This document shows, in pieces, positions 53,753 to 56,856 of a stretch of 56,856 nucleotides of DNA. The stretch's first letter is position 1. Every line of letters starts with the position of its first letter. The stretch covers positions 506,942 through 563,797 of the forward strand of contig NMRA01000265.1 of assembly GCA_002633005.1 (NCBI GenBank), read 5' to 3'. Below the pieces are notes generated by a model, which saw only the letters and a program-made list of their open reading frames with translations, did no database searches and was not told the origin of the DNA. The translations under genes were made by a program, and so were the position numbers. Source of the stretch: Phoronis australis. Its lineage: Eukaryota > Animalia > Phoronida.

Positions 53753-54760
53753 ATGCCTTACCTAAAACGGTGGCGTAAAGTGCGAGCTGAAGCAATGTCT
53801 GCTAATAATATTTCACACACAGAGAGAGTGAAGGGACGGCAGGTGTAACAAACCATCAGTCTGAGTCTGATCCTGATGAAGAACATTCAATGCAAGCAAA
53901 TCAAGAGTTGTTTGATAAGTCAGACTTTGGATTTACGGAGAAAGTAGCATCGCCTTCGTCAGAACGAGATGTCTCTTGTCACTCATCAGATAATGAAGAG
54001 CCTGAGACAATACTGAAAGACAAAATAACTGTACTTGTTACGTCTTGGTCAATTAAGCACAAGTTGACAAGGGCAGGTTGGGTGGCACAATAAACACTGA
54101 AGGACACGAAGTTCGCGCATATTACTGAAAATACCGACAAGCGTAGTACCATTTCGAGAAAAGTGTGGAGGGATAAAAATATGGTTAATGAGAAGTCTTC
54201 AAAGTCTTTATAGGGGAAGCAGAAAGAACCTGTGGAATATCCAGATAAATGTGAACAATAATGGTGTGACACTGTACGAATGGTAAACAGTCCTGGCCTA
54301 TATTATGCAGCTTTAAAGACTTGCCACCTTTCATCGTATGTCTGTTCTGAGGCACGTCAAAACCCACCTGGTTAGATGTCTAGCCGAATGATTTTTGACG
54401 ATCTTGATGACGTTGTTGCTGATAGAGTATATTATGATTGACAATTTGCTTCTGATTTGCAAGCATTTATCTGCATTTTTGAAGAACATTAAAAGGACAC
54501 TGGTTATTATTCATGTGAACGGTGCATTCTTAAGGGCTACTGGGGCATCACCCTTCGGCTAGTTATACTGCACTCGAAGGAGGCTGATGAAAGCAAGACT
54601 GAAGGGAATTTTGCGCAACTTATGAACTGGACAGAACATCGTGATAACAAAGTGACAGAACTCCATTTGACGATCACTGGGTTCTATATGTGACATCATT
54701 TTGCTTGGATTATGTGCATCTTTTGTGCCATAGAGTTGCCAAGAGACTTCTCGGGTTTTG
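53753..54760 (+). mobile_element. Decayed EnSpm/CACTA transposase
   Basis: Acidic N-terminus then SWSIKHKLTR, QSWPILCSFKDLPPFIVCLF*GTSKP, AFIC, DTGYYSCERC, LDYVHL; stops, frameshifts and deletions. Confidence 0.75.
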
Positions 54761-56856
54761 GAAGCATGGTCCAAGCGTATTCATCGTGGTGAACTCTCTA
54801 ACAAGCTCTCTGTATGCAGCTTCTGGGCAACCAGCTTTGGTCGGATGTATGTTGCATTTATCTGATTTGGCCGTTGAAAACTCGGCGGACCCCGCGTTGA
54901 ATACGTGTCCGTCAGTTTTTGCAACATTGTGCCGACGTCTGGACATCCAATTGTGGTCGTACATGTATATTAGTCGTGTTTATATTGTTTGGACGTTGAA
55001 AGGTGGTCGGACGAGACGTTGAACACACGTCAATTTTTATAAAGTTGAACGTATGTCTTTACACACAACCTTGGTTGAGTAGTAGTTGCTTTCAAGGTCT
55101 ATAAGTCTATAATGCGTTTTGTAAAATGTACTCTACATACTATTATTTTTAATTTTCGCATTTAAGTTTCTCTTGGCTGGGCCGTTTAAAACCGGCAAAA
55201 TGACATTATTCTGAACTCGGTTATTTGGAGTAGCAATTTACCGCAATATGAACGACATCTCTTCTGTTTAACGAAAAAAAGGGTGACATTGCAAAATAGC
55301 GCTGCGTGAGATTACTTGACATCATATGTGGCACTGGTCAGATTACTGCGGTCAACAGTACTGACCAGTAAGTCTCTTCCTTTTGAATTATGTAGGCTGA
55401 AGAAGCTTCACATCCCATCGAACGTAAACACGCTGACCGAAAAGTTACAACTATGCAAGCTTGGACAGTTTTCAGTCTTTCCTTATTATCAATTTTCTTG
55501 AAAGGTGAGTACACGAGTTGTCTGTTAACGTGACTTCCAAGAATGCCTTAATGCACGTGTATAATTGTCCATAGATAGATGAAAATGCCTCATGGGCCCA
55601 ATTAGTTCCTGGATCCTTCAGTTCGGCTGATTCAGATGCAAAATAGAATTACTATGCCTTGTTCGTGGTAAGCTCTTTGAGGTTTTCAAATGACTTTATC
55701 TACCTTGGGCGGGTATGGCACCATAAAGTTAAGTTGTGACAGAAGCTGAATTCATCACAACGGGACACATTTTTGGTACTTCAATTCCTTGGAACCAATT
55801 GGATATAGTGGTACCAGAGAACCAGGCAATCTTTAAACTTATTCCGAGGAATTACGATATTTTGTAACCTGGTCAAGGATTACCCGAGCTAAAGGTTTGG
55901 CCCGCCATCTTGAATATTCAACTCCGCGGACTAAACAAACGTTCGTTTGTCTATTTAAGTGCAGGGAAGGTAACGCAATGTTAAAATCATAATATCTTCT
56001 CTGAATCATCAAAAGGTTGCAATTATGTAAATTAAAATATATTCAGGATCATTTTTCTTTCCGTGAAGCTTCCCAAAGCTGTTGGCAAAATCTTGTACAT
56101 GTAATTATCAAAACCAAGTTCATTTTTAAGAATTCCACGGCGCTTCATGGTCAATATTAACACTGAGGACATAACACGTGTTTAAGTAGACTCAGTTGGA
56201 GTGCTGATTCAATTACAATCGCAAATGATTCATGCACGCACCCAGCCTAAAATGGCGGGACTCGAATTTTTGAAAAATGTGGACGGGATACGTTCACAGC
56301 TATGAATTGTACATTTTCTGAATTTAGGTATTTCCTGACATTTTAGTGGACTTTTGCCTCGTTTTATACATTTTCCGAGGTTTTGTTTCTCTGAGGTGGA
56401 CCTTTTTGCCCACTTCGCCAAACAGGAATGTTCCTTCGAGCCGCCCCTGGTGCGCGCATGTGATTAGAATCACCGCTGAACCCGGCGTCGGCTGCTCTGG
56501 GAAGCCGATATCCAAAGGATGAAAGTTAAAGGCCTATGGTCCGAGTTATAGAAGAAAAAACCTCTTAACGTCGTTTAAGCCGGTTTTTTGATGTGACATG
56601 GAGTTCAAAAACTTATTAACTTTCAACTTGTGCAAAAAGTTTGAAAAAAATCGTTGTAAATACTACAAACGAATGAAATGTTTACAAAGAATTTAGTATC
56701 CCGACCGCTAAATAGATTATAAACATTAGAACAACGCATGCGCAGCCACAGATCTAGAGGTCAACAGAATTTATACAAATGGCGGGGAGAGGTAGATCTA
56801 TGAAGTGTACGTCCGAAGGCGAAACGCAGTCGTCCTGCTCTACGAGATTCAGAAAA

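Noticed and set aside
1-56856. Prokaryotic operon, CRISPR array or defence system
   Set aside because: Genes are spliced, coding density is low, and no regularly spaced repeat-spacer array or rRNA/tRNA gene was seen

Overview
AT-rich, intron-containing, repeat-rich eukaryotic DNA, probably a marine invertebrate (inferred from spliced genes and the transposon mix); most short ORFs in the supplied track are noise. Hand-splicing with GT-AG sites and phase checks gives one apparently intact minus-strand gene (CDS 42928 to 28556, 18 coding exons, about 834 aa). It encodes a type I membrane protein: signal peptide, two fibronectin type II (FN2) modules, two ependymin-related (LolA-like fold) domains, a SEA-like domain, a Pro/Thr stalk, one TM helix and a short tail. 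The left end holds the last three exons of a divergent protein kinase, followed head-to-tail by a decayed BIR-BIR-RING (IAP-like) gene interrupted by a LINE. The rest is mostly decayed: a NACHT/NLR-like pseudogene with an inverted paralogous fragment, plus remnants of Academ-like, Penelope-like, Gypsy, ISL2EU/Kolobok-like and EnSpm/CACTA elements and several MITEs. A 460-bp duplication around a single N is probably an assembly artefact. All domain calls are by eye; no searches were run.
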